Source of the DNA: Candidatus Eiseniibacteriota bacterium
GTDB taxonomy: Bacteria; Eisenbacteria; RBG-16-71-46
Assembly (NCBI GenBank): GCA_038231135.1
Contig: JBBRLX010000017.1
Location: forward strand, 1 to 64,000
Length of the DNA stretch: 64,000 nucleotides
Direction of reading: 5' to 3'
The notes beneath the pieces were generated by a model. It saw only the letters and a program-made list of their open reading frames with translations. It had not been told where the DNA came from and ran no database searches. Position numbers and translations under genes: made by a program. Below, piece by piece: positions 39,250 through 49,456 of this stretch; the first letter of the stretch is position 1, and every line of letters starts with the position of its first letter.

Positions 39250-40044
39250 ATGAGTCCGGCACGATCGAACACCGGCAGCAGCGGTGCCCGCAAGCCCGCG
39301 CGCACCACGGCGGCCCGCGGCCGCAGCGGCACGGGCGGCGCCCGCGGCCCGCTCGAGCTCGAGGCGCGCAGGTCGCTCGCCGATTCGGCGCGGGCGATGG
39401 CGCAGCTCGAGCGCCGGACCGGCGCCGTGGTCGCGGCGGCGGCCGAGGCGGTCGTCGCCTGCCTCGAGAACGGCGGCACGGTGTTCTTCTGCGGCAACGG
39501 CGGCAGCGCCGCGGACGCCCAGCATTTCGCGGCGGAGCTGGCGGGCCGGTTCTTCATCGACCGCCCGTCGCTGGCGTCGATCGCGCTCACCACGAACACC
39601 TCGTCGATCACCGCGATCGGCAACGACTACGCGTTCGACCAGGTGTTCTCGCGCCAGCTCGAGTCGCTCGGCACCCCTGGTGACGTGCTGGTTGCGATTA
39701 CCACCAGCGGGGGCTCGGCGAACGTGCAGCGCGCCGTGCAGGCCGCGCGCCGGCTCGGCATGATCGTCGTGGGGTTCACCGGGGCCCGCGGCGCGGAGTT
39801 CGCCGCGCGCTGCGACTTCGCGCTGATCACTCCCAACACGTCGACGCCGCGCATTCAGGAGGGCCATCTCGCGATGGGGCACGCGCTGTGCGAGCTGGTC
39901 GAGCGCGCGCTGTTCGGCGCCCGGCCGGGCCCGGCGCACCGCGCGCCCGGCGGCCGCGCGCGCGCCGCGGCCGTACGCGGCGGGCGGACGGCCTCGACGC
40001 GCGGGCGGCGCACGGCCCCGCGTCCGGCATCGCGCAGACGATGA
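39250..40044 (+). CDS. gmhA: Phosphoheptose (sedoheptulose-7-phosphate) isomerase
   Basis: CGNGGSAADAQHFAAEL, NDY, TTSG, RIQEGH. Confidence 0.92.
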   Translation: MSPARSNTGSSGARKPARTTAARGRSGTGGARGPLELEARRSLADSARAMAQLERRTGAVVAAAAEAVVACLENGGTVFFCGNGGSAADAQHFAAELAGRFFIDRPSLASIALTTNTSSITAIGNDYAFDQVFSRQLESLGTPGDVLVAITTSGGSANVQRAVQAARRLGMIVVGFTGARGAEFAARCDFALITPNTSTPRIQEGHLAMGHALCELVERALFGARPGPAHRAPGGRARAAAVRGGRTASTRGRRTAPRPASRRR

Positions 40045-40931
40045 TCGGGGCGCTGCTCGAGGCGCTGCGACCCAAGCAGTGGACCAAGAATCTGCTGGTG
40101 TTCGCGGGGGTGCTGTTCTCCCAGCAGTTCGATCGGCCCGCGCTGGTGCTGCGCGCGGCCGCGGGATTCGCAGCGTTCTCGCTGCTCGCGGGCTCGGTGT
40201 ACCTGTTCAACGACATCCGCGATGCCGCCTCCGACCGGCTGCACCCGAAGAAACGCCTGCGGGCGATTCCGTCGGGCCGGCTCAAGCCGGGCGTGGCGAT
40301 CGCGGCCATGGTGCCGCTGCTGGCGATCGTCGCTGCGCTGGCGTGGTACCTGGGCCCCGGGTTCTCGGGCACGCTCGTGGTCTACCTGCTGATCAACATG
40401 GCGTATTCGGTCTGGCTCAAGAAGCAGGTGCTGATCGATGTGTTCATCATCGCCACCGGCTTCGTGCTGCGCGCGATCGCCGGCGTCGAGCTGCTGCGGC
40501 CGGTGTCGCCGGCGACCACGATCTCGCCGTGGCTCCTGGTGTGCACGTTCTTCGGCGCGCTGTTCCTGGCGCTCGCCAAGCGCCGGCGCGAGATCGCGAA
40601 CGCCGGCGGCTCGGCCGCGGGCCAGCGCGAAGTCCTCGCCCAGTACACCCCGGAGTTCCTCGACGGCATGCTGCTGATCTCGGCCGCGTCGAGCCTGATG
40701 GGCTACGCGCTCTATACGATCTGGCCGGCGACGGTCGCCAAATTTCATACCGAGGCGATGCTGTACACCGTGCCGATCGTGGCCTACGGCATCTTCCGCT
40801 ACCTGTACCTGACCAAGGAGTCTGAGAGCACCGAGGATCCCACGCTCGTGCTGCTCACCGACCGCCCGCTGGGTGGCTGCGTGGTGCTCTACCTGATCGC
40901 GGTGGTGATCGTGCTCTACCACCCGTGGTGA
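40041..40931 (+). CDS. UbiA-family decaprenyl-phosphate phosphoribosyltransferase-like protein
   Basis: LRPKQWTKN, YLFNDIRD, DRLHPKK.R, KRRRE, EDPT. Confidence 0.88.
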   Translation: MIGALLEALRPKQWTKNLLVFAGVLFSQQFDRPALVLRAAAGFAAFSLLAGSVYLFNDIRDAASDRLHPKKRLRAIPSGRLKPGVAIAAMVPLLAIVAALAWYLGPGFSGTLVVYLLINMAYSVWLKKQVLIDVFIIATGFVLRAIAGVELLRPVSPATTISPWLLVCTFFGALFLALAKRRREIANAGGSAAGQREVLAQYTPEFLDGMLLISAASSLMGYALYTIWPATVAKFHTEAMLYTVPIVAYGIFRYLYLTKESESTEDPTLVLLTDRPLGGCVVLYLIAVVIVLYHPW

Positions 40932-41902
40932 GCTCCCGGCCGCGGCTCGCTCGCATCGCGTTCGACGCCCGCGCCAAGCTCAACCTCACGCTCGCCGTGG
41001 GACCGCGCAGGGACGATGGCTTCCACGACCTCGTCACCGTGTTCCAGTCGGTCACGCTCGCCGACACCCTGATCGCCGAGCCGCGGGCGCGCGGGTTCTC
41101 GTTGCGGATCCGGTACGAAGACGCAAGCACCGGCGGGCAGCCCGCGGTGCGCGGCGCCGCGGGTTGCGCGGACCCGGGAGACCTGGGCTCGATCCCGGCC
41201 GGGCCCGACAACCTGGTGCTGCGCGCGGCGCACAGTGTGGCGCGCGAGCTCGGGCTCGTGGCCGGCGCGCGGTTCACGCTGATCAAGCGCATCCCGGCGG
41301 GCTCGGGGCTGGGCGGCGGCAGCGCCGACGCGGCCGCGGTGCTGCGGGCGCTGCCGGCGCTGTTCGGCATGCGTCTGCCGCCATCGCGCGCGCGCGCGCT
41401 CGCGCTCGCGCTGGGCTCGGATGTTCCGTTCGCGCTCGCCGGTGGCACTGCGCTGGGGACTGGTCGCGGAGAAACGTTGCGGCGTCTCGAACTCGACGGG
41501 CCGTTCGAGGCCTTGCTAGCCGTGCCTCGATGGCGGGTATCGACCGCGAGCGCCTTCCGCCGGATCGAGCGTGCCAAATATGGCTTGACACCGCGAGAGG
41601 CGACTCTACTATCGTCGCAAATCCTTGGGCGCAAGCGACTAAGCGCGGCACCTTTGATGCGCCTCGGAAACACCTTCGAAAAGGTGTTGGGGGACAGGCG
41701 GTCGGACTTCGACTCTCTCGGCGTGCGATTGCTCCGAGCGGGTGCGGTCGCGTTCCGAATGACGGGAAGCGGCTCCGCGGTGTTCGCGGTCCTCGGGCCT
41801 GGATCTCCAATTCACGACGTCGCAGGCTGTTTCACCGGGAGCGAAACGCTGTACGCGGTGCGCTCCGCCCGAACCGGCTTGAGGCGGCACGCAGTTGCTT
41901 GA
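40925..41902 (+). CDS. ispE: 4-diphosphocytidyl-2-C-methyl-D-erythritol kinase
   Basis: AKLNL, KRIPAGSGLGGGSADAA, LGSDVPF, MTGSGS. Confidence 0.93.
   Translation: MVSSRPRLARIAFDARAKLNLTLAVGPRRDDGFHDLVTVFQSVTLADTLIAEPRARGFSLRIRYEDASTGGQPAVRGAAGCADPGDLGSIPAGPDNLVLRAAHSVARELGLVAGARFTLIKRIPAGSGLGGGSADAAAVLRALPALFGMRLPPSRARALALALGSDVPFALAGGTALGTGRGETLRRLELDGPFEALLAVPRWRVSTASAFRRIERAKYGLTPREATLLSSQILGRKRLSAAPLMRLGNTFEKVLGDRRSDFDSLGVRLLRAGAVAFRMTGSGSAVFAVLGPGSPIHDVAGCFTGSETLYAVRSARTGLRRHAVA
41585..41612 (+). promoter_or_regulatory. Promoter inside ispE
   Basis: TTGACA-N16-TACTAT in a locally lower-GC stretch of the CDS. Confidence 0.6.
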
Positions 41903-42000
41903 GTGGAGGCATGGATGCACGCTCAAGACGTGCGCAGTCGTATCTGGACTGCGGGCTCGAACCGTCGTGACGGTTCGTCGCTACCCGCAGGAGCACCCCG

Positions 42001-42297
42001 ATGATCGAGATCACCGAGGTGCGCGTGTCCCTGCGGAACGACGAAAAGCTCAAGGCGTTCGTCAGCATCACCCTGAATCACGCGTTCGTGATCCGGGGAC
42101 TCAAGGTCATCCGGGGCAACACCGGATTGTTCGTGGCGATGCCGAGCCGCAAGCGGCCCGACGGACAGCACCAGGACCTCGCTCACCCGATCAACGACGC
42201 GACCCGTAAGTACCTGACCCAGAAGGTGATGTCGGAGTACGAACGCGAGCTCGCCAACCCCAGTCACGAGCCCAGCGCCACCAAGGAGTCGTACTGA
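42001..42297 (+). CDS. spoVG: SpoVG family nucleic-acid-binding protein
   Basis: [30 protein letters not shown]. Confidence 0.93.
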   Translation: MIEITEVRVSLRNDEKLKAFVSITLNHAFVIRGLKVIRGNTGLFVAMPSRKRPDGQHQDLAHPINDATRKYLTQKVMSEYERELANPSHEPSATKESY

Positions 42298-42558
42298 CCC
42301 AGGCGCGCTCCCGCATCCCCTCGCCCGTTCCCCGCGGACTGCCGCCCGAGAGGCGGTCCCAGAGGAGCCTGCCCGCCGGCGCCTTGACGCCCGGGTCCCC
42401 CGGCCGCTACCTTCCTATCCGCTTTTCTCCCAGATGTTTCTTGGGCCAGTAGCCATCACCCCGACTCGCTTCGAAGGCTGGATCCGATCCCGTTCGCGGG
42501 GTCAGGAACCCGCGTCGAATGGCGAAGACGGTCCGTGACGGATATCCCGTTCTGTTGG

Positions 42559-42633
42559 TGGGGCGTGGCCAAGCGGTAAGGCACGAGACTTTGGATCTCG
42601 CATCCGGAGGTTCGAATCCTCCCGCCCCAGCCA
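42559..42633 (+). tRNA. tRNA-Gln(TTG)
   Basis: TGGGGCG/CGCCCCA stem, CTTTGGA loop, GCCA end. Confidence 0.97.
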
Positions 42634-42807
42634 TTTTGGGGGCGGAGGCTCCGGCATCGATGCGTGAACTCCATGCCGCGCCTCCGCCGCCGCCCGTTCC
42701 GGCTTCGACCGGATTTCCGCTGCGCGGCCGGCGCGTTCCCACGCGCCGGTGACCGGCTGCCGATCCTGGAAACGCATGCTTCACCGCTTTCCAAGGAGTC
42801 CTGAACC

Positions 42808-43734
42808 GTGGACCCGTGTCGGATCTTCGCCGGCAACGCCAGCCGCAACCTCGCGCTCGCGATCTGCGAGCAGCTCAAGGTGCCGCTCGGCGATGCGGAT
42901 GTGACGCGCTTCGAGGACGGTGAGGTCTCGGTGCGTTTCAACGAGAACATCCGCGGCAGCGACGTGTTCATCGTGCAGGCGACGGGCGCCCCGGCGGACC
43001 ACCTGATGGAGCTGCTGGTGATGCTCGACGCCGCGAAGCGCGCGTCGGCGCGCCGGGTCACCGCCGTGCTGCCGTACTTCGGCTACGCGCGCCAGGACCG
43101 CAAGGACCAGCCGCGCGCGCCGATCACCGCCAAGCTCGTCGCCAATCTGATCACGGTGGCGGGCGCGGACCGGGCGCTCACGATGGATCTGCACAGCGCG
43201 CAGATCCAGGGGTTCTTCGACATTCCGTTCGACCATCTGTACGCGGCGCCCGTGCTGATCGACTACTTCACGCAGAAGGGCATCACCGACTGCGTGGTGA
43301 TGGCGCCCGACATCGGCAGCGTCAAGATGGCGCGCGCCTATGCCAAGCGTCTCGGCGCGGAGCTGGCGCTGGTCGACAAGCGCCGGCCGCGCGCGGACGC
43401 GGTCGAGATCATGAACGTGATCGGCGACGTGGAAGGCAAGAACGTGGTGTTCTTCGACGACGTGATCACCACCGGCCGCACGTTGTGCCAGGCCGCCGCG
43501 GCGATCCAGCAGCGCGGCGCGAAGCATATCTACGCGGGCGTGTCGCACGGGGTGTTCTGTGAAGGTTCGTTCGAGCGCATCCAGCAGTCGCCCATCGAGG
43601 AACTGGTGGTCACGGACACCCTGCCCCACGGTCCGCTGCCGCCCAAGATCACCGAGCTGTCCGTGTCCAGCATTCTCGGCGAGGCGGTCGCGCGCATCCA
43701 CGAAGAGCGCTCGCTGAGCTCGTTGTTCGTATAA
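42808..43734 (+). CDS. prs: Ribose-phosphate pyrophosphokinase
   Basis: FEDGE, PYFGYARQDRK, DLHSAQ, DKRR, DDVITTG. Confidence 0.97.
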   Translation: MDPCRIFAGNASRNLALAICEQLKVPLGDADVTRFEDGEVSVRFNENIRGSDVFIVQATGAPADHLMELLVMLDAAKRASARRVTAVLPYFGYARQDRKDQPRAPITAKLVANLITVAGADRALTMDLHSAQIQGFFDIPFDHLYAAPVLIDYFTQKGITDCVVMAPDIGSVKMARAYAKRLGAELALVDKRRPRADAVEIMNVIGDVEGKNVVFFDDVITTGRTLCQAAAAIQQRGAKHIYAGVSHGVFCEGSFERIQQSPIEELVVTDTLPHGPLPPKITELSVSSILGEAVARIHEERSLSSLFV

Positions 43735-43761
43735 CCCCAGGAACCCAGTCAGGAGGGATGT

Positions 43762-44469
43762 ATGGCAGTGATTGCGATGCCGGCCGAGAAGCGTGATGGC
43801 CTCGGCAAGGGCGGCGCCCGCAAGGCGCGAGCGGCCGGGAAGATCCCCGGCATTCTGTATGGCCACGGCGAGACGCCGATGGCCGTCAACGTCGTGGCGC
43901 GCACGTTCCAGCTCGCGCTCCAGAAGCACAAGGGCGGCAACGCCATCGTGAACCTGTCGCTCGACGGCGGCGGCGAGTACACGGCGCTGATCCGCGACGT
44001 CCAGTACGACCCGATCACCCATCACGTGCTGCACCTCGACTTCCAGCACATCTCGCTCACCGAGACGGTCGAGCTCGAGGTCACGGTGCATCTGGCCGGC
44101 ATTCCGGTCGGCGTGAAGGACGGCGGCGGCATCCTCGAGCACATCACGCGGTCGCTCGAAGTGCGCTGCCTGCCCACCCAGATCCCGGCGGCGCTCGAGG
44201 TGGATGTGACGCACTTGAACATCGGCGAATCGGTGCACGCGCGCGACGTCGTCGTGAAGGACTTCGAAATGCTGAGTGATCCCGACGTGACGATCGCGAC
44301 CGTGGTCGCGCCGACGGTGATCGAGGAGACGGCCGCGGTGGAGGGTGCCGTGGCGGCGGCCGAGCCGGAAGTCGTGACGGCCAAGGGCAAGAAGGACGAC
44401 GACGCCGAGGACAAGGACAAGGACAAGGACAAGGACAAGGACAAGAAGGAGAAGAAGGATAAGAAGTAG
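43762..44469 (+). CDS. rplY: 50S ribosomal protein L25 (Ctc form)
   Basis: IPGILYG, HLDF, GVKDGGIL; C-terminal (DK)6. Confidence 0.95.
   Translation: MAVIAMPAEKRDGLGKGGARKARAAGKIPGILYGHGETPMAVNVVARTFQLALQKHKGGNAIVNLSLDGGGEYTALIRDVQYDPITHHVLHLDFQHISLTETVELEVTVHLAGIPVGVKDGGGILEHITRSLEVRCLPTQIPAALEVDVTHLNIGESVHARDVVVKDFEMLSDPDVTIATVVAPTVIEETAAVEGAVAAAEPEVVTAKGKKDDDAEDKDKDKDKDKDKKEKKDKK
44410..44445 (+). repeat. (GACAAG)6 tandem repeat
   Basis: Six exact hexamers. Confidence 0.9.
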
Positions 44470-44472
44470 GCC

Positions 44473-45057
44473 GTGGCGCTGGTGCTGGGACTCGGGAATC
44501 CGGGCGAGCGTTATGCGCGGACCCGTCACAACGCCGGCTGGCAGGTGCTGGAGGAGCTCCGGCAGCGCTGGCATGCGCTGCCGGGGGACGGCACCGGGCG
44601 GTACTGCGAATGGCGGGCGGAGCATCGCGGCCGGACGGTGGCGCTGGTGGAGCCGCTCACGTTCATGAACCTGAGCGGCGAGGCGCTGGCGGACTGGCTC
44701 GGACGCAATCCGGGTCACGACGGGGCGCTGCTGGTGGTGGTCGACGACGTGTACCTGCCGGTGGGAACGCTGCGGTTCCGCGCGCGCGGTTCGAGCGGCG
44801 GGCACCGCGGGCTCGACAGCATCGAACAGGTGCTCGGCACACGGGACTACGAACGATTGCGGGTGGGAGTGGGGGCGGTGGAGGCGTCGGGGCTCAGGGA
44901 GCACGTGCTCGCGGAGCCCGAAGCGTCCGATGCCGGGTTGCTGATGGATACGATCCGCGTCGCGGCCGACGCGGTGGAGTGCTGGCTCGACGAGGGCATC
45001 CTCGCGGCCATGAACCGGTTCAATCGCAGGGCAGACAAGGAGGCAGAGCAACCGTGA
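44473..45057 (+). CDS. pth: Peptidyl-tRNA hydrolase
   Basis: GLGNPG, TRHNAG, TFMNLSG, GGHRGL. Confidence 0.95.
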   Translation: MALVLGLGNPGERYARTRHNAGWQVLEELRQRWHALPGDGTGRYCEWRAEHRGRTVALVEPLTFMNLSGEALADWLGRNPGHDGALLVVVDDVYLPVGTLRFRARGSSGGHRGLDSIEQVLGTRDYERLRVGVGAVEASGLREHVLAEPEASDAGLLMDTIRVAADAVECWLDEGILAAMNRFNRRADKEAEQP

Positions 45058-45407
45058 ACAAATACGAAACGACGTTCATCCTGGAGCCCGGTCTCGACGA
45101 GGGGCGCATCAACGAGGAGATCGAGCGCGTGTCGCAGTGGATTCGCGACCTGGGCGGCGAGATCCTGGAAGTGCAGCGCTGGGGCAAGCGGCGCCTGTCG
45201 TACGAAATCAACAAGAAGCGGGATGGCATCTACACGCTGGTGCTGTACCAGGGCCCCAACGTGGTGGTGAAGGAGGTCGAGCGCCGGCTGCGGATGAACG
45301 AGGCGGTCATGCGCGTGCTGACGGTGATGCACGTTCCGCCGGAACTGACGCAGGCCCAGATCGATCCCGAAGCCGTGGCGGCCGCTGAGGCGGAGGCCGA
45401 CGAGTAA
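45054..45407 (+). CDS. rpsF: 30S ribosomal protein S6
   Basis: YETTFIL, WGKRRLSYEINK; GTG start with AGGAGG. Confidence 0.95.
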   Translation: MNKYETTFILEPGLDEGRINEEIERVSQWIRDLGGEILEVQRWGKRRLSYEINKKRDGIYTLVLYQGPNVVVKEVERRLRMNEAVMRVLTVMHVPPELTQAQIDPEAVAAAEAEADE

Positions 45408-45425
45408 CCGCAGCGAGGAGGGGAC

Positions 45426-45830
45426 GTGACCGAACTCAAGCTCCCCGAAATCAACCGGGTGCTCCTGAGCGGGCGCCTGACACGGGATCCGGAACGCCGG
45501 TATGCCGCCGACGGCACCGAGATCACGAGCCTCGATCTGGCGTTTCACCGCCACTACCGGGGACGTGACGGCAAGCTCGCCGAGCACACCGGCTACGTGA
45601 CGGTGCTGACGTACCTGCGGCTGGCCGAAGTGTGTGCGCAGTACCTGAACAAGGGCAGTGCCGTGCTCGTCGAGGGCCGGCTGCAGATGCGGGAGTGGAT
45701 CACGCCGCAGGGGGCGAAGCGCCAGCGCCTCGAACTCCGCGGCGAAGCGGTGCACTTCCTCGAAAAGAACACCGTGCAACCCGCGCCCGATGCGCCGGGG
45801 AACATTCAGGACGACAATCGGCTGTTCTGA
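45426..45830 (+). CDS. ssb: Single-stranded DNA-binding protein (short)
   Basis: INRVLLSGRLTRDPE, KGSAVLVEGRL; between rpsF and rpsR. Confidence 0.88.
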   Translation: MTELKLPEINRVLLSGRLTRDPERRYAADGTEITSLDLAFHRHYRGRDGKLAEHTGYVTVLTYLRLAEVCAQYLNKGSAVLVEGRLQMREWITPQGAKRQRLELRGEAVHFLEKNTVQPAPDAPGNIQDDNRLF

Positions 45831-45883
45831 GCGGCGAACGCCGCCTCGAGGACGGACCGATCGGGAGGTGAGACTACCGACGT

Positions 45884-46126
45884 ATGCCCAAGGAACGTGA
45901 AGGCAAGAACATCAAGAAGAAGTACTGCAAGCTGTGCTTCGAGAAGGTCGGCATCATCGACTACAAGGACGAGAAGCGGCTCGGCCGGTTCGTGACCGAT
46001 CGCGGCAAGATCGTGCCGCGGCGCGTGTCGGGAACCTGCGCGCGCCACCAGAAGCAGCTCACGCTGGCGATCAAGCGGGCGCGCGTACTCGCGCTGCTGC
46101 CGTTCACCAGTGACGTCTACCGCTGA
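45884..46126 (+). CDS. rpsR: 30S ribosomal protein S18 (Zn-binding type)
   Basis: CKLC, IDYKD, GKIVPRR, CARHQ, AIKRAR. Confidence 0.97.
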   Translation: MPKEREGKNIKKKYCKLCFEKVGIIDYKDEKRLGRFVTDRGKIVPRRVSGTCARHQKQLTLAIKRARVLALLPFTSDVYR

Positions 46127-47093
46127 GCCGCAGCGGTCCGCCGCCCCGTCGTGGTGGCGCACCGCGCTGCTGGTGGTGCTGCTGGCGCTGCTGTCGCTGC
46201 AGGCGCCGTTGCCGTGGTCGTCGCTGTGGCTGATCGTGCCGCTCGCGGTCGCGATCTCGCTGCTCGCCGGCTGGCGGTTCGGTCCGTGGGCGGTGACGAT
46301 TCCGATCGCGCTGTTCGTGGTGGCGATCGTCGCCGACGGGCCGCGGAGCCTGTGGGCCTGGTGGATGCCGGCGACGGCGCTCACCGGGGTATGGATGGGA
46401 TTGCGGGAGGAGGGCGGCGGTCCCTCGGCCGCGGCGCGGGCCTGGATGCTGCTGCCGGTGCTGGTGGTCGCGGTGGCGCTGCCGTGGATGGCGCACTACT
46501 CCGACATGGTGAAGAGCCTCAACCAGGAACTCGCGGCCGGCGACCAGCAGTTCATCGAGATCGCGAAGCAGTTCGGGTCGTCCGGAGCGCGGCTGGCGAC
46601 GATGGAGACCGCGGTGGCCGACAACGCGAAGGTGCGCATCCAGGCGCTGCCGTTCCTGCTGCCGTCGGTGTTGTTCGTATGGATGACGCTGCTGGTGTGG
46701 GCGGGGCGCACGATTGCCTCGCGTGCCGCGGCCTCGCTGAAATGGCCGGGGCTGTCGCGCGCGCGGCTGAGCGGCTGGCGGCTGCCCGACAGCGCGGTGT
46801 GGGTGTTCCTGCTGGGACTCGGGATGCTGGTCGCGCAGTGGACGGCCGCGGCGCCCGCGGCATGGACGCTGCTGCTCGCCTCCGGGCTCGGTTATTGTAT
46901 CCAGGGTATCGCGGTCGTAGAATCGTGGGCGCTCGCCCGCGGCATTCCTCCGTCCGTCGTCGTCGTGACGATGGCGTTCGTTTTCACGCTGGCCACGCCG
47001 GTGTTCATGCTCACCACGATTGCCGTGGGACTGAGTGACGTGTGGCTCGATCATCGGCGCATGGACGCGCGTCCCGATCAGGCAATCTCATAA
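46110..47093 (+). CDS. DUF2232/YybS-like membrane protein
   Basis: Multi-pass; WRLPD, QGIAV, GLSD.W.D; usual position between rpsR and rplI. Confidence 0.75.
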   Translation: MTSTAEPQRSAAPSWWRTALLVVLLALLSLQAPLPWSSLWLIVPLAVAISLLAGWRFGPWAVTIPIALFVVAIVADGPRSLWAWWMPATALTGVWMGLREEGGGPSAAARAWMLLPVLVVAVALPWMAHYSDMVKSLNQELAAGDQQFIEIAKQFGSSGARLATMETAVADNAKVRIQALPFLLPSVLFVWMTLLVWAGRTIASRAAASLKWPGLSRARLSGWRLPDSAVWVFLLGLGMLVAQWTAAAPAAWTLLLASGLGYCIQGIAVVESWALARGIPPSVVVVTMAFVFTLATPVFMLTTIAVGLSDVWLDHRRMDARPDQAIS

Positions 47094-47106
47094 CAGGAGT
47101 CTCGTG

Positions 47107-47550
47107 ATGGAAGTGATTCTGCTCGAAGACATGGCGGGCGTGGGCCAGAAGGGCGCCACCGTCAGCGTGAAGCCGGGCTTCGCGCGCAACTACCTGCTGC
47201 CGCGCCGGCTGGCGATCTCGGCCGGCACCAACGCCGGCAACGTGTACAAAGAGATGCAGCGCCAGCGCGACACCCAGACGCAGAAGAACCTGGTGACCGC
47301 CCAGGCCGAGGCCGCGAAGCTCGACGGCGTCGAGATCAACCTGCCGAGCCAGGCGAACGAGGAAGACACGCTGTTCGGCTCGGTGACGAACGCCGACATC
47401 GCCGAGGCACTGGCGAAGGCCGGCCACACGGTCGACAAGCGCGCGATCGACCTCGAGGAGCACATCAAGCAGCTCGGCAAGTACGACGTGCCGGTGAAGT
47501 TCTTCGGGGGCGTGACGGCCACCGTCAAGGTCTGGGTGGTGCGGGCATGA
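47107..47550 (+). CDS. rplI: 50S ribosomal protein L9
   Basis: MEVILLED, VKPGFARNYLLP, LFGSVT, IKQLG. Confidence 0.97.
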   Translation: MEVILLEDMAGVGQKGATVSVKPGFARNYLLPRRLAISAGTNAGNVYKEMQRQRDTQTQKNLVTAQAEAAKLDGVEINLPSQANEEDTLFGSVTNADIAEALAKAGHTVDKRAIDLEEHIKQLGKYDVPVKFFGGVTATVKVWVVRA

Positions 47551-48914
47551 ACCAGCGCGCGGGGATCCGGACCCTGCAGCGGACGCTGCTCGCTCTGCTC
47601 GTAACGGCGTCGGCCACGCTCGCGTTGTCGTACACGGCCGCTGCCGCGGTCGCGCACGCGAAACCGCGGCCGGCCGCACACCGGGCCCTGGGAGCCGCGG
47701 ATTCCAACAGGGTGCTGGTGCGGGTGGGCGCCGAGTCGATCACCCGCGGCGACGTGCAGCGGCGGATCGCGAGCCTGCCTGAGCAGTTCCGCTCCAACTA
47801 CACCACACCCGAGGGCCGGCAGCAGCTCGTCGACCGCATGGTCGAGGAGAAGGTGTGGATGCAGCTCGCGATCAAGGACGGCGTGGCGAACCGCCCGGCG
47901 GTGAAGCAGCAGATCGACCAGCAGCGCCGCGACCTGATCATCCGTACCTATCTCAACGACGTGATGGCCGCGAGCCCGGCGGTGTCCGACTCCGAGGCGC
48001 GCGCCCAGTACGACTCGCACCTCGCCGACTATCGCGTGCCCGGCACCGTGACGCTGCGGCACATCCTGCTCAAGAAGGAAGCCGACGCCAAGCGCGTGCT
48101 GCTGGCCGCGAAGGCGCCGAACGCCAAGTGGGACGACCTCGTGAAGCGCTGGTCGGTCGACACGCTGACGCGGGCCACCGGCGGCAACCTGGGCACGGTG
48201 ACGAAGGAGGGCCAGTTCGCGGCGATCGGCCCCCAGCCGGCGCTCGCCGAGGCCGCGTTCACGCTCGGCGACGGCAAGATCGGCGGCCCATACAAGACCG
48301 ACAAGGGGTGGCACGTCATCAAGGTCGACACCGTGAAGCCCGAGACCACGCGGCCGTTCGATCAGCTGAAGGCGATCATCGCGCGCCAGCTCGGTTCCCA
48401 GCGGCAGCAGGACTACTACAAGGACCACCTCGACCAGGCGCGGCGCTCGCTCGGGGTCAAGCCCGACTCGGCGGCGATCAAGAGCTTCGTGTCCCAGCGC
48501 AAGACCGCGCGCGAACAGTTCAACGAGGCGCAGGCGCTCACCGCGCCCCAGGCGCGCATCGACGCGTACGAGAAGCTGCTGCGCGACTATCCCGACAGCG
48601 AGGTGAGCCCGCAGGCGCAGTTCATGGTCGGCTTCATCAATTCCGAGGAGCTCAAGAGCTACGACGCGGCGGACAAGGCGTTTCACGAGCTGCTGCGCCG
48701 CTGGCCGAAGGCCGAGCTGGCGTCGTCCGCGAAGTGGATGATCGAGCACATGCGCAGCGAGGAAGCGCCCGCATTCATCAACCTCGACGCCGACAGCGCT
48801 GTAGCCGGCGGCGGCAAGACCGAGGGCGAAGGTTCCGTGAAGGTCCAGACGACCGAGCGGACCGCGCCCACCGGTCAAGTCAAGACCCGCAAAGGCGCAT
48901 CGAGAAAACCGTGA
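47547..48914 (+). CDS. Exported PpiC/parvulin-type peptidyl-prolyl isomerase with C-terminal TPR-like helices
   Basis: Signal peptide, LRHIL, GGNLG, KGWHVIKV, YPDSE..PQAQF. Confidence 0.85.
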   Translation: MNQRAGIRTLQRTLLALLVTASATLALSYTAAAAVAHAKPRPAAHRALGAADSNRVLVRVGAESITRGDVQRRIASLPEQFRSNYTTPEGRQQLVDRMVEEKVWMQLAIKDGVANRPAVKQQIDQQRRDLIIRTYLNDVMAASPAVSDSEARAQYDSHLADYRVPGTVTLRHILLKKEADAKRVLLAAKAPNAKWDDLVKRWSVDTLTRATGGNLGTVTKEGQFAAIGPQPALAEAAFTLGDGKIGGPYKTDKGWHVIKVDTVKPETTRPFDQLKAIIARQLGSQRQQDYYKDHLDQARRSLGVKPDSAAIKSFVSQRKTAREQFNEAQALTAPQARIDAYEKLLRDYPDSEVSPQAQFMVGFINSEELKSYDAADKAFHELLRRWPKAELASSAKWMIEHMRSEEAPAFINLDADSAVAGGGKTEGEGSVKVQTTERTAPTGQVKTRKGASRKP

Positions 48915-49456
48915 GCCTCCTGGAAGTCCGGGTGCAGGGCCTGATCCTCGAGCCCAAGTCGCAGCAGAACATCGTCATCCTGCGCGAGCTGGAGGGCGAA
49001 CGCATTCTGCCGATCTGGATCGGTCCCGGCGAGGCCCAGGCGATCCGGCGCATCCTGTCCGAGGAGGCGTTCCCCCGCCCGCTCACGCACGACCTGATGT
49101 TCCTGATCGTCGAGGGACTCAAGGCGAAGGTGGCCCGCATCGTGATCTCCGACCTGCGCGAGAACACGTTCTTCGCGAGCGTGATCATCGAGCGCGACGG
49201 CCAGGTGCTGTCGATCGACGCGCGCCCGTCGGATTCGGTGGCGCTGGCGCTCCGCGCCAAGGCGGCGATCTTCGTCAACGAGGCGCTGCTGCAGCCGCCG
49301 CCCAAGGAGACCGCCGAGGGCGAGGCCGCCGAGGACGACGACGTCGAGGTGGCCGACGAGCCGCCGCGCGTGCTCACCGACGAGGAGAAGGCGGAGCAGT
49401 TGCGCCGGTTCCTCGAGAAGCTGAATCCCGAGGACTTCGGGAAATTCCAGCTCTGA
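48911..49456 (+). CDS. Bifunctional nuclease (DUF151) family protein
   Basis: LPIWIG..EA, RPLTHDL, DARPSDSVALA. Confidence 0.9.
   Translation: MSLLEVRVQGLILEPKSQQNIVILRELEGERILPIWIGPGEAQAIRRILSEEAFPRPLTHDLMFLIVEGLKAKVARIVISDLRENTFFASVIIERDGQVLSIDARPSDSVALALRAKAAIFVNEALLQPPPKETAEGEAAEDDDVEVADEPPRVLTDEEKAEQLRRFLEKLNPEDFGKFQL

Noticed and set aside
42298..42558. Structured ncRNA between spoVG and tRNA-Gln
   Set aside because: Only short GC hairpins and a possible promoter (TTGACG-N18-TACCTT); no family motif recognised
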